From assembly GCA_964187785.1 (NCBI GenBank), contig OZ076409.1:38938001-39002000 (forward strand): 64,000 nt of DNA, written 5' to 3'. Shown here in pieces: positions 9,801-23,015 of the stretch. The stretch is from Amphiscolops sp. MND2022 (Eukaryota). A program made the translations under genes and the position numbers. Positions within the stretch are counted from its first letter, which is position 1. Every line of letters begins with the position of its first letter. Below the pieces are notes generated by a model that had not been told where the DNA came from, ran no database searches, and saw only the letters and a list, made by a program, of their open reading frames with translations.

Positions 9801-12045
9801 AACATTAAACACTGAAACTTTTGACAACATGGACCGCGAAAACTTTTATCACAGGGGAGCCACCCGAGAAATTATGGATTTCATTCGAAGAAGAAATAAC
9901 AGCCCGGAAACAAGAAGATTGGTCGAACAACGTAATGCACTATCCCGGCCCGGCACACTGAGACGCCAAACACAGCGTACGGTTTTGGCTCCTTCCCGGC
10001 CAAACAAACGCAGCAGAGAAGAAATTGCCCAAATAGATGCCGAACTAATCCGGAGCGCAAACAGACTCGGAGGCGGTTATCAACCACTGATTGAAGAATA
10101 GGAAGAACAACCGGACGAAGTACGGGAAGAAGGAGAACTTGAGAACAATGAGACAGAAGAAGACAGTGTAGTTATGCAAGGCGACAACCTACCAATTGTG
10201 GATTTATCCAAATACAACACGGAAGGCAAAGAAGCCAAATATATACAGATAAATCACATCGTCGGAAAGCTTACTACAAACAAAAAAGCCACCGAAGACC
10301 ACATCAAAAAAGCCGAATTTGAATTCATGCTTGATCTGAAAACGCTGATATCAAAGACGGCAATTGACCCGGAGCTGACTCGTGTGAGAAACAGCATGCG
10401 CCGAGAGGACAGAGAAACCATTCCGGACAGCTACCGGACGGTCTTCGATAAACTTTCGATCAGATGGGGCTTGAAATTTGTGGACGAACAAATCGTCATA
10501 CCTATTGACCTCAGAAGACGATTACTAGATATTCTCCATTTCGGTCTCTCCGGCGTCACGAAAATGACAACCGAAGCCAAAATTTTCTGGTGGCTGAACA
10601 AAAAGCAGGATATTGAAACGAAAGTCAAGGACTGCACAGCATGTTTAGCATCAGGTAAAAACCTTAATTATCAATTACCGAAAAAACATTACGGAAAACT
10701 AGAGAAGTTGTCCGAACCCGGACAAGAATTACAAATCGATTTTACCGGAAAATTACACAACAAAAAATTAAACGGAGAAACACAAATTTTGATCGCGATA
10801 GATAGATTTAGCAAATGGCCGACAGTGAAAATTTGTAAAATTTCGGAAACAAAGGAAGTAATAAACTTCCTATCTAGCAATTTTAATTTGTACGGAATAC
10901 CGGAAAAGATAAGATCGGATAAAGGGGGAGCATTCATTTCGAAAGAATACCGACAATTTTGCAAAAGCCGAAACATAGAAATAGAAAACTGTACACCCCG
11001 AATGCATACCGGAAACGGAGTAGTCGAGAGAGCAATACAAACAATCAAAAATTCAATACTAGCAAACATGGAAGACAGACTATGTCTAACCGAAAGTGTA
11101 AACCGGGCACTACGAGTAATGCGTTTTACAATACATACGGAATTAAAAATAACACCGTTTGAATTACATCACGGACGAAAACCGAGAACCGAATTAACGA
11201 ACATCGTTAAAGACGGAAAAACATACTTATCTAACTGGTCGGAAATGACTATTTCAGCCCCGGACAGACCGAAAATCCCGATCTATGTGGCCCGCGATGC
11301 GGAAGGTGAAATAACCAACACATCGTGATGGCAAAGACGAAGACAGAAGAAAAACAATCGGGAGAAAATACAAAGTCACCCAAGAAGAAAAAATCGGTTA
11401 GATACCCTTTCTCAATCGTTGAAAAAAACCATAACAAAAAATCCTTAGAAGGAAGATTTCAAAACAAAACACAAACCGCAATAAACTGAACCGAAAACAC
11501 CGTAAAAACGGATACCGGAAAAATTATCAACCGAAAATTTATTTCGGGACCATTATTTCAGGCTGAAAAGAAGACACGAAAAGAGCCAACAATAAACGCC
11601 AACGGGGAAATAAATCCCAAGAATAGACACTGCCTCCGAGGTCTCGACGGCAAATACGGCAGATGGGACGAAATTCTCTGGGATATATTGAACGGAAAAT
11701 TGAAACTAGTAAAAGCCCGAAAACCAGCAACAAGCGACACAGAAGAAGAAGATGACTATGATGAAGATGAGGAAATGCCGGAAGAAATCGGGACACCGAC
11801 ACCGAAGGTATACGATACCTCAGAACGGGATGGGCGATACATCCCAATCCGGATTAACCCGGAAGAAGATGCAACTTCACACCGACGGCGAGATATCGGG
11901 TGAGAAAATAGAAACAAATATAAGACGGTCCACCCGAGATAGTAAAAAACCGAATAGATACGGTACCATACCATACACTGGAAACTTTTGGGTTAGAAAT
12001 AAAAATGTTTTGATAGAAACTGTATTTGTTACAGGAAACCTGTGA
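6820..12045 (+). pseudogene. gag-pol polyprotein broken by multiple frameshifts/stops
   Basis: Gag with knuckle CNKCGKKGHFAKAC. Protease IIDTGS. RT (SPVVIT, IALDSRKLN, KIDLDYAYGQ, WLDD, KWLGH). RNase H (TTDAS, ELELLAVVWG, YTDHQAL). Integrase (zinc finger with first His intact and CTAC, QIDFTG, RSDKG, NGVVER). Confidence 0.95.
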
Positions 12046-12141
12046 CCCGAACAAAAGGAACACCACAGCCGGAGAAAATTCAGAAGCCCGCGGACTTCTT
12101 ACCAGAAGAAGAAACACCCCCAGGACCTTCAAACCAAAACT

Positions 12142-12169
12142 GAGAAAGAGAAGAAGAAAGAGGGGGAAA
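12142..12169 (+). promoter_or_regulatory. Polypurine tract
   Basis: GAGAAAGAGAAGAAGAAAGAGGGGGAAA abutting the 3' LTR. Confidence 0.9.
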
Positions 12170-12393
12170 TATTGTATTCGGGTTCATTCCGGTTCATGAC
12201 CTTACCGAGTTTCGGTTTAAAGAACTTCAGTTTACGTCTAGAATACCAAACAATGTTGATAAACAAAAACTACAACAAAACTATATTGGATATTTCATTT
12301 ATACGATTTGAATATCTACGTTCTAGACCATAGAAAAAGAGATTACTTTTAGAAACTTTTCTTTTATCAAATCTGAGTTATTAGAATAGAACA
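12170..12393 (+). repeat. 3' LTR (224 bp; TG start mutated to TA)
   Basis: Direct repeat of 6542-6764, followed by TSD CCCGT. Confidence 0.97.
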
Positions 12394-12765
12394 CCCGTTC
12401 TGTTTCAGCAAGCTGAAACTTCATTCACATATTTTTGACAGTGTCTTTTAATTTCATCATCCTTAAACATGCAAGTATTTCTTGAAGTTGAAAAATCTTA
12501 TAGAAAAATTATCACGTATAACTTGATATGTCTCAACGAATACCAACTAAGATTTTGATGAAAAGATGCAATAGTGATTTAAGATAATTCAAGTAAGGTT
12601 TTGCATTTTTCGTGTCTTTACCACATAAAAATAAAACTGACATTCAATTTGACCGGTTTCAATCATTGATTCTGACATTGTAGAATGATAAGAAATCCAG
12701 AAGAAAAAATCCAAAACTTCAACGCTTATTCAATTCAGCGTGTGTTTTTGAATTCGACAGTCGTA

Positions 12766-12884
12766 CCGTCACAATTCAGAATGGCTTTTGAAATTTTCGG
12801 TAAGTTTGAAAAATTCATTGGTGATCATCATTGTATTTCTCAAACTTAACGAACAATCTCAAAAATCATTCTGAATTGTGACGG
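12766..12884. mobile_element. MITE (Tc1/mariner-like, TA target)
   Basis: CCGTCACAATTCAGAATG...CATTCTGAATTGTGACGG termini. The imperfect hairpin spans almost the whole 119 bp and is flanked by TA on both sides. Confidence 0.75.
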
Positions 12885-13849
12885 TACGGAGTTTTCACCA
12901 AAATTTTAAGCTATCATTTTGATATCGAAATTCTCCAAAGAATCAAGCAATTGAATGAAAGTCTTCACAAGTATAGTGGAAATGTTTAATTTCTACATTA
13001 GATAGAAGAGAAAGGCTCGATAAAGAAATTGTAAACTGAAGTCCTAAGGTTGTTGGCAATTTAATTTGATTTCTTTCGTAGTTTGCGTGTCAGAAAATTT
13101 CATGAGATACTTACTAAATGCCATAAATCCTCCCTGATATGGATTACTGACCCCAAACAACTTTTAACTGGGTATCCAAATATAGCATTAACATGAGTAA
13201 CCCAGATGAATTTCCCTTATTAAGAAGATTTTGGTTAAAACGTTCTCAAATATCGATCTTTATACCTTCTGGTACCAGTGGAACCTTCTGTAGGGTTTTG
13301 AATTCCTGATTGGAAAATTTAGTTTCGCAATCTATTCAGGGTAAATTCCAGACTACAGAAAATGAAGACATGAAACATGAAAAGTGTAATAGGAAGAGAA
13401 ACAACACTTATGGTGTAAAAGCGGGCTCCGAAAATAATTTTGACAATTTTGTTGTACTATTTAACTATTCTGCGGCTGTTTTTTTTGCAAAAACTTCGTA
13501 TTGCAGCATCTCGTTTAGGTATCTTAGAATTTGCCTAATGAAATGCCCAAACCTAAATGAAAATCGCAGCTGTTCAGCACAAAGTTTGAATGAAGCAGCT
13601 GTTGTTTTCAGATCAAACCAAAAACTAAACGAGATGATAAGATTACATAAGAGCGTAATACTAAGCTTGCATATGAAGTCAACATGGGTTTTTTCATCCA
13701 AGACGGAGTCCACATGTAAGGCTGTTTGATCATAAGTTTACACTAGCTTACAATTGCAATTTTTATAGGTACAAGAAAAGTTTAACGGAAAAGTGTTTAA
13801 AGAAACGAGTGATACGCAGTCTTAATTATACCATGGACCATAATTAAAC

Positions 13850-15350
13850 ATCATTGGGTACTGTGGTTGACTGATGATATGGTCGTTGTTTTTCTTGATT
13901 AATGCTATAGATGATTCTCTAAGGTGCTTCCAAGGGTTGCTTCACTCGGTCGACGCGCAATCAAACGAATTTGCAGTTTTCGAGTGCACATGCGATGAAT
14001 GTCTTTTATGGAGATGAAGGCACCTTTGAATGTTGTCTGATATCTTTTTTGAAAACTAGATGTTCGAGGTTCACCTGAAATTGTTGGACGAAGGCAAGGG
14101 TGATATGTGCCGTCTTCTCTGCAACTGTTGTCGGGTATAGTACATCTGGTCCTGTTGGGACTGCTAGCTGTGAAATGGGCTTGCTGTCTGGAGTTGGCCT
14201 CAATCCGAAAAGAATGGGTAGTACTGCTATCCAGTAGGTCTTTGAAGATATTAACGCTGCTGCTTAGAGAGTTCGATGAAAACGCTCGAATTTTCCATTG
14301 CTCTGTGGGTGATATGAAATTGTACGGCGTCTGCAAAGTGAGGCAGTTGTGACACCATTCTTTGATAAAGCGTTCGGCATTTGACACCGTGAAGTGGGCG
14401 AAGATCATACGTGACATTGATTTCAATTGCTGTGGCAAAGATTCTGAAATTGATTTAAGATTGGATAACGGCATTGTTCGGGCAGAATTGGGCGCGGGGG
14501 ATGCTTTTATCGCAAATGAGAGTCGTGTTTCCAATGCTGATAATCTTAGTTCCATGTGAGTATCTTTCTGACATTTGCTGTTGAAATGAAGTGTCTTCAA
14601 TGCGGGCAATTGTTGGTAGAATATAGGTGGCGATGAAAAGTGTTGACGTTGATACTACGGTTATTAATGTGTCGACGGTTGGTGGTCAAGAAAAGCAGTC
14701 AGCTACAACATTTGTCGATCCTGAGATTTGATGAATTTCGGCAAGGTGTTCTGTTAGTAGAGAAAATTGCCGAGACTGTCGAGAGTTGTTGGTGTTGTTC
14801 CGGCTTCGTTCAAATGAACTGGTGACTGGTTTGTGGTCTGTGAAAACTACGGTATGGCGTCCTTCAATGAGATGTTTGAATTTTATTGTTGCTGCCAATT
14901 TTGTTATCGCAACGACGTAGACGAATACATCTGGGAATCGGTTGATGACTTCGCTGATGAATGATTGGAAAGTTTTACCGTCGTTCTTGAGTCCGAAAAG
15001 CTTGCTAAGAAACTCAAAGAGTTCGAATAGAGTCGTAACGGCTTTCTTCTTGATGTCGTCGAGGTGCATGGGAATTCAATGATACGCTTTGACTAAGTCT
15101 AGTTTGCTGAAGAAATGTTTGTCGTGGATTGCAAACCATGAAAACACTGGCAATGTGTAAGAATCGCGATGTGTGATTCGGTTGAGGGCGCCGCAGTAAT
15201 CTCCACACGGTCTCCATTCTCAGATGTCTTTTTCCGGTACCATATGCCGAGACGATGGTTATGGGCTTTTCAATTGTCAGATGATTCCTAACCGTTGCAT
15301 TTCGTCGAAAGAAGATTTGACAAAAAATAGGTTTTCCGGGCAAATATTTC
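13850..15350 (-). pseudogene. Heavily decayed Gypsy pol relic (RT, RNase H, integrase fragments)
   Basis: RNase H C-terminus FKHLIEGRHTVVFTDHKP...SGSTNVVADCFS. Integrase zinc-finger remnant FIKEWCHNCL. RT-like CGDY/LDLVK remnants around 15090-15220. Confidence 0.8.
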
Positions 15351-16092
15351 TAGGCGCACAAAAACGAAGTTGACTCGAAGCAGCGACCAAACAAGAAAAC
15401 TAAACAAGCTGAATAAGATTACAAAATAGCATAATACTAAGCTTGAATAAGAAATCAACGCGTGTCAATAACTATATTGTTTCTCTTATAGTACCTAGGG
15501 ATAACACAGATTAAGTACAGTGCGGGAATGGGTAACGACAGTTCCAATAAGAGCAGTCATTTTATGTTTCATAAACAATTGAACGCAGATGAAGTTTTAT
15601 GTACATCAAAACTTGCAAACGACGACCAAGTGAGCAACAAACGTTCCGCTTCGTATAGGACATCCAGGTTGAAACAGTTTCGAACAGGTGAGTTTTGGTT
15701 TTATCAGATGGTGAATATCAATGTGAAAATGACAATGCCAAATTTTGTGAACTCGTATCCGAAAACGCACCGAAATAGAAAAAAAATCAAATATTGAGAA
15801 ACATAAACAATACATGAATGAATCAACGGGTTCTCATGCTAAATGTGTGCATAGAAAGTCACGCCAAGTCCTGTGCAGGCGATGATTCAAAAATTTCAGA
15901 AAACTCACAGAGAGCCTAACAAATGTCAACTCAAAAGGACCCTCCATTGTTTTCTTGCAAGGATTTTTACATCTTGGCAACATCTAGGAACAATCCAGAA
16001 TGAAAATTGCTGAAACCTGTGACAGGGCAAACAAATGGTGTAATTAAACCAGTAGGAACTTGGCACGAGAACAGAACTGACTGATTATCTAC

Positions 16093-18091
16093 AACAAGAC
16101 GCCCGCTGAGCAGCGAGATATTTTCCGCCCGAACTGTTCTACAACTACATAAATTTGAGGCTCAAGGATAACTAATGCACTATAAAAACGCTAAGAAGTT
16201 CGAAGAAAAGAAAGCTTTGATTTATCTTTGCCCAGTTGTGAAGGAAACACCTTTATTTTAGTATTTCTGCGATAGTTGGCCAGTTTTCGTAATTTTGACA
16301 CTATGCGACTTACCGAGTGAAATTTTTAATTTTTTTCGAAAACAATTTTTCTCTAAAGGCCGACTGAAATAAGCGTTCAATCCTTGTTGAACCTTAGCCA
16401 TCGTTTTGAATCCAAAACGCTTCAAAATGTAGACATGGGTTGCTTAAAAACGATGATGCTGAAAGCAAAAAAATGTTAGTGTTTTTGAAGCAAAACGCTG
16501 CAATGTTCTCTTCAAAAAATGTATTGCATAGCTCGTTCTTTCGTTGTTGAGCGTTATGGAACTAAAAACGAAGATTTGGAGTTGTACGAAAATTGCATCA
16601 AAAACTACAACATCGTCGAATTTTTCGACTACTTCAAGGTCAATTTCAAGCACTTTTGAATTAGAAATTGTTTTTATCTGTTGTCGAAAGCTTACAGAGA
16701 CAACAACTTTCTCATTGTTTAGGGGTTTTAACATTCTAGTTCACAAAGTCCATCGATAGTTTGGCAATAATTGAAGAAAAGTGATGAAAATAGAAAATTC
16801 TTCTTTTTTTTCTTTTTTCGATGTCAATTCCAGACATTTTTCAATTGAAAAGCTGCATTTATCGTTCCACTAAGTATACGGGACAACATTTGTTCCTTGT
16901 TGACCCTTTCCAACATTCCAATCTCCGGAGTTTGTTGAAAATTTTTAGGAAAAACTGCATAAAACTATGAAAATTGAAAAATTTTGGGATTTTCGTCAGT
17001 TTCGGTGTCAAGTTGAGACTTTTTCATTCAAAAACTGAAACTATCTCATCCTTAAAGACTACCGGACAATAAACTGCTACCTTGGTGAACGTTTTCATTA
17101 TTCCACTCCACGGAGTTTGTTGAAATCGTGACAGAAATTGCATAAAAACATAGAAAAAAGGAAAACTTTGGGTTTTTTGTCGTTTTTGGTGCCAACTTGA
17201 GATTTTCTTCATCTAGAAGACTTCATCAAGTTCTTCGGAAAATTTTTCTGGACCAATACTGTTCGTTGCTTACGCTTCGCAATATTCTGATCTACGAAGT
17301 CTGTCGAAAATGTGACAAAAATTGCATAAAAAATTCCAAAAATAGAAAATTTTGGGTTTTTTGTCACTTTCGGTTTCAATTTGAGAGCTTTTTCAGTCAG
17401 AAAATAAAATACTATTTTCGGAAAAGCCTACTGGACAGCTAATACGGGCCACTTTGACCGTTTTCAACATTATAATTAACGAAGTCCTACTAAAATTCGA
17501 CAAATATTGAATAAAATTGTTAAAAATCGGGAAATTTTTGGAATTTTGGTCATTTATTGGGTCAATTTTCTGACAAAACCGCATTTTTCTCTTCCTAGAA
17601 AACTATTGGACAACAACATCGTGCCTTGTTGAACGTTTGCAACATTCTAATTTGCAATGTTTTATGAAATTCAGAAAATTTTGGAATTTTTGTCATTTTT
17701 GGGGTCAATTTTTTGGTACAAAATTGACTTTATCTCTTCATAGAAGACTGGAGAATGAATTCGTGCCCTGTTGAACGTTTTCAACATTCTAATTCGCGGT
17801 GTCTCTCAAAAAATGGCAAAAATTGCATAAAAACGTTAAAAAATTGAGAAATTTGGGAATTTTTGTCATTTTCGGGGTCATTTCGTCATTAAGGGGTCAT
17901 TTTCGTCATTTAAAAAAACTCCAAAAACCTCTACAAATACATATCGCACGAAGCTAAATTTATGTGAGTTGAATTCTATGGGTAACACCCTTAAAGTCAA
18001 ACATAAATAAATTCTTGGCAAATTTTGTAAAAAAAACCCGTTTGATTTAAATATTTTCCTTTACCATATATGAAATATGGGCGGAAAAAAA
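16093..18091. mobile_element. Helentron/DINE-1-like non-autonomous element with internal degenerate ~130-140 bp tandem repeats
   Basis: AACAAG terminus, hairpin CGCTG-AG-CAGCG (16104-16115), subterminal inverted repeat TTTTCCGCCC (16121-16130) / GGGCGGAAAA (18079-18088). A second copy lies at 51098-54610. Confidence 0.65.
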
Positions 18092-20630
18092 TAACGTTTT
18101 TAATACCAGACGAATTGACTAAACAACTCAATTGAAGGCGATTGTGGTAAGGGTGGAAATTACGTCTCGTATTTTTTACTACTTTCAACCTTTGCAAATA
18201 CAAAAATTACAAAACAATTACAATAGACGATTTATAGACGCAAACACAATTTTCCAAACACGAATGATAGAATAAAAGCAAGAATGTTTTTTGTCGTTGT
18301 TACGGAACATGTTGAAAAGGAGATCACACAGAAAGCAATTGTGTCTCAACGATGATCTTTGGAGTCTCAGCTCACGCACGATTGAACGGGGTTCCCAACG
18401 AAGGTTTTGGAGTCTCATCTCACACACGATCGAAAGTGTACAACGAAAGTCTTGCAGTCTTATCTCACTCGCGACTGAAGCATCAGGATATTTTCAAAGG
18501 TATTGGAGTTCCACATCGGCTATGGCTAAACTTCTATTCCGAAGTTATCGCAACGCATGGTCTCTGAGTCGCACCTCACTTGCAACTGCAGATAGATATC
18601 GCCGACATAACAATATTCTGTTTGCTCGATTTCAACACAGTGTGTGTGTGCATGCTTGGAATTGGAACTTTTTCGGCCCAAGTTGTTCTTTCGGCAGTTA
18701 AGTCACTCAGGTATTCGTAATTTGTCATCATTCGATTGTTTTTGGTCCGGAGTAAGAGGTGAGTAAGACTGTTTTTCCTATTTCGGTACTAGAAGTTCAT
18801 CAAAACTGCGATTTCTCATCACTTGTAGGTCCTAGTTCCACTCTCTTTTCAATCTTAGTAGTGTTCTATTTCGTTTTTAATAAGAATTAAGGTGAGGTTT
18901 ACTGGTGCAACTTTTCATTTGCAAAACACGACTTTAACTTCGGCCTAATGATTGATAGTTGCATTTGTGGACGAAACCTTTTTCTCACCCAACTCCTGAC
19001 AAAACGCTTCAGCAAACTATGGCAAACGGGAATAGTTTTTTTTTCACATTCTTAATTTGCTTTTGGTTGTGGTACACCTTCTAGGGCAAAAACCAGGTCT
19101 TGCGATTACCGGGGCAGAAAAAACAAAATGCATAAAAAACAAATCACTGGGAAGAACGTTCCAAGGGATACCAAAAACAATCACGGACAACTCTCAATTC
19201 TTGATCTTTTATGGTAAGAAACGCTCTGAAAGGTGTCAAGGACGGAAATCGGTTCCATTTGGCAACAACCTCAAATATTGAGATCCCGTACTTTTTCAAA
19301 TTGAAATACAGCTTTCAGGGTTAAAAACATCGATATCCCAAGCTTTTGGGAGTAATTTGCATTTTATATGAGGGCTCTAGGTTTTCGCTACAAATTGCTT
19401 TTCTTGAAACATTCTTGTTCTCATTTCTAATTACCTGACTTTCAACATTAAGGCCAACATCTCAAATCCAGTTCACTTTACCTCTATCAGCTCTCAATTC
19501 GGAATGTCATTCAAGTATTCTCAAGTAATCTGCAAAGCGATGGCTATTGTGCTCCTATTCGTTGAGTACCAAGCAATTATACCAGCAAAGCGGTATTTTT
19601 GGTCCTAGTTTGGCCATTCTTAACGTTTGCTGGCTCAATTGTCAAAACAACAGAATCTTGTTTCTTTTTCAATTACCACCAGTTAGTGAGTGCATTTATA
19701 TTTGGCCAATAAATATAAAGCTATTCAGTTCATTTAAGCTATAACTGAACCTCGTTTGCCAAGTGTGGCTATCACACGAAGTTCTCAAAGAGATCAAATT
19801 TTTGACAAATCACCAGAAGTTTGAAAGACTCCAACTAAGCTCGTGTTATTGCACAACTTCCAGCTCTCCGTTGTCTGGAATGTCGATTACTGAAAACCGT
19901 TTGTCGATATCTTTTCTCATCTCGGGAAATCGGGTTTCATTCATTTAAAAAAGGAAGGTTGGTTTGGTAGTTCAAAGTGTGTGGTGGAGGTTTTCTTGTT
20001 AATTGTCCGTTGAACCACTCACAGCGCTTTCACAACATCTTTCATTTCATTTTCCCACACGCTTTGGTGAGTTGCTTTCATGTGGTGATAGCACACACAG
20101 CGAACTTTCACTCTCGCTTACCCTCAAACACATGTATTACCAAAACAAGCTTAGTTGGTATTTTCGTTTCACTGCTAATATAGCTTCTGGTTCAGTAACT
20201 GTTAACTCTAGGACTTTATAATACAAAACGTTTTATGCAACACGTTTTATTCATCAAAGCGTTGTTGAACGAATCAATGGTTTCTATAGAAGTTTCAAGA
20301 ATTTGAAGTGTACTTCTGATGTAACAGTAATTCACGAACTTTGATGGCCTTCCACTTAATGTTGTTATTGGTTCATTGTAACATTACTTATGCTTCTAAA
20401 ATTTCATATTCCATCCAGTTTAATATACCTTGCCCATTAATAATTTGAATAAACATCATCAACAAAGTAAAGATGAAAAATTCAAAAAACCTACAATTGA
20501 CCAAATTTTACCAAATCATAATGATTGTAGAAATCCTCAGAAACGTTTAGTGACAAGAGACAAGGCGAGAAGGAGTAACGTCGGCGCCTTAAATGAAAAA
20601 AGGAAATATTAAAAGAAGAGCGTGTGTAAT

Positions 20631-23015
20631 TTCACTTGCTGTTCTGGCCTAATTGGATTTGGAAGAGGACGCGGCCTTGGGTTTTGTAACTACTACTGAA
20701 CTATTTTATAGATGTCTAATTCTACTTACGGTACAGCAGAATTATTTGTAGATATTTTGCCGCACACAACATCCAACGTAAGCGTTACGATGTATTTTTG
20801 GAAATTATTTTAGAGCTAACTAAAACTTCCGGTTCAATGTTTTCACACGTAACGTTATTCTCTATTTCCGGTTTCGTCTTGTGAAATTTCCATACTAATC
20901 TAAATACTAAAACGGAAAGATTTTCCAAAATAGGATCATTTATTTCTTCTCTACACTGAAATGAAACATTGAAGATAATATTTAACTTCGCGATCCCAAC
21001 GCAGTTCATACAATCTAATATGAAAAGAACATACAAAATAATATAGAGGAATTGTTTTCCAGTATTAAGGTAGTTGTCAATATCCACTTAAAATCTGAGT
21101 CAAGTGATTTTAGGCAAAAGTTTACAACGTTATGACAGCGTCACTCAACTGAGCTAGTGACGGGTGTTTCTGTTTTTACGGACCAATAGCGTCGCATCTT
21201 AACTGAATTATTTGAGCTCAAGCCAACAGAATTGTGCTTGGTTGCCCCTAGCAACGCCAACTAGCAAAGAGAAAAAGAATGAAATCGCCTACGCTCTCCG
21301 CTTTCTCTCCGTCAGCCACGGCTGCTCAGCTATTCCTAATCTTAATACGTACGAACCGTCTACGGAGCGAATTGTGAAGTTGTAAATACGAAGTAACAGT
21401 TCAAACAAATTTCAAACGATGTTTGTTTCTAAATGGACGCGTTTAAAGTATTCTAGAATTAAGATCTTTCACATAAGACAAGCGGTACTGTAAGAAGGAT
21501 TAAAGCGGAAACTTTTGTACATTATCAGATGAAGTATAGATGATAGGAAACGTTGACCTTACGTCGAAACTCTCTATTATTCTCCCATCTAATACAGCAC
21601 GAGTATGTTGTAAAATATTTTCCTATTCAAGTTCCTAGTTATACTAGAACGCCACGAAAGGTCTTCGTTCCCAAAAATCTAAATGTGCGAAAACAAGCTT
21701 TCTAAACGAATGGAATGTACAATTATTTTTACGTATACATAGCGTGGTGCTTAATTTGATTTGCAAGTACAAAAATCAATGGTGATATCATTTTTCTGGC
21801 CACTATAGTAATGATCTTATAACGACGGTCTTTGTGTGTTATGTCCAGTTCACCTTCACAATACAATGTATAATTCCCGTTGCACTCACGTTCATAGTTA
21901 GTATTGTACCGAGTGAATGTTGTTTCTGTTTAGCATATGCACTTTAATCATGACCTTCATTGTTTAAATTCATTTTGTTTTGAGTTTGCGGATTGTCTCC
22001 GCGAACATTGGATAATGTCTAAGTCAGAGTACTTTGTTATGCTCTATTTTCAACAGCTATAAATTTGTAATGTTGTTTGTATTCGTGTCAATACTTGGAA
22101 TATTCTATTCCGGCATCATTCGTTCCTTTTGCAAACAGTTAGATATTTTTCTTCGCTTTCGAATTTCTCTGCTCCGTTTCAATTCCGTCATCATTTTAGC
22201 GAGTCAAATTTTTGTTCGAATCTCAGCTTTCCTAAGTTGCGAATCACAATCCACAAATTCGCACAGAAACGGTACCAACACTCCCTTCACCACCATCACC
22301 TATCCAAAAAAATTCGGAACCAACGCCAACAGTACCGGTTATGGTACCGTCAACAACCATAGATGCAGAGAACATCATCTGTATAGAAGACAAACCGATT
22401 TGGTCACGACAAGCAAGACAACAGAGAGAGGACAGCCTTTCTCCCCCACCACCGCCACAAACGGCGCCCGACACCGAAGCACCAGAGAACGACGAAAAAA
22501 CAACGGAGTGTCCCCCATCACTACCCGAAGATCTACATGTCAACAAAGAATTCATCCAACACGATAAGGATGACAACTACATCCCGTTAATGTCTGCAAT
22601 AGCCCTCAAAAAGAAGAAGAGAATGCTCTTCCTACCGGTTGAATTCAAAAATGTCAAAATTGACGCGTTAGTAGATTTAGGTGCATACATGAATGCCATT
22701 AGTGAAGGGGATGCCGAGAAAATACAAAAAATGCAAGCCAATGCATCATCAATAAAGCACCACCACCCCTTTCAACGTACAGTACGAAACCGCCGAACTA
22801 GAACAATCACTTGCAACGTACACTCTACGGTTCAAAATTGGGGATTACATTTTTGAAGAAACGTTCATCATCATGAACCAGACGTCATTCTCCATAATAG
22901 GATTGGCGTTCCTACGGAAACATGCTGCAATCCTCGATACCACCCAAGGTACCATGGACTTCCGGAAGATCCAGATTACAATGGCGCAATGGCGCTCACT
23001 GATGAAATGCAGTGA
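20631..23015 (+). mobile_element. Internally deleted duplicate of the family C Gypsy element (LTR part fused to protease region)
   Basis: 20645-22243 is near-identical to 23016-24615. 22250-23015 is near-identical to 26319-27075 and includes the ALVDLGA protease motif. Confidence 0.9.

Larger units (their letters stand above)
6542..12393 (+). mobile_element. Full-length but mutationally inactivated Ty3/Gypsy LTR retrotransposon (5.85 kb)
   Basis: Paired LTRs, 5-bp TSD CCCGT (6537-6541 and 12394-12398), PBS, PPT, and domain order gag-PR-RT-RH-IN. Confidence 0.97.

Noticed and set aside
13108..13290. Possible minus-strand exon ending at a GTAAGT donor
   Set aside because: No frame is open between the candidate acceptor and donor.
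19300..20250. Coding-like composition on the minus strand (e.g. VRCVCYHHMK, MRKDIDKRFSV)
   Set aside because: Too many stops and no motif I can assign. It may be an ancient TE relic but cannot be supported.
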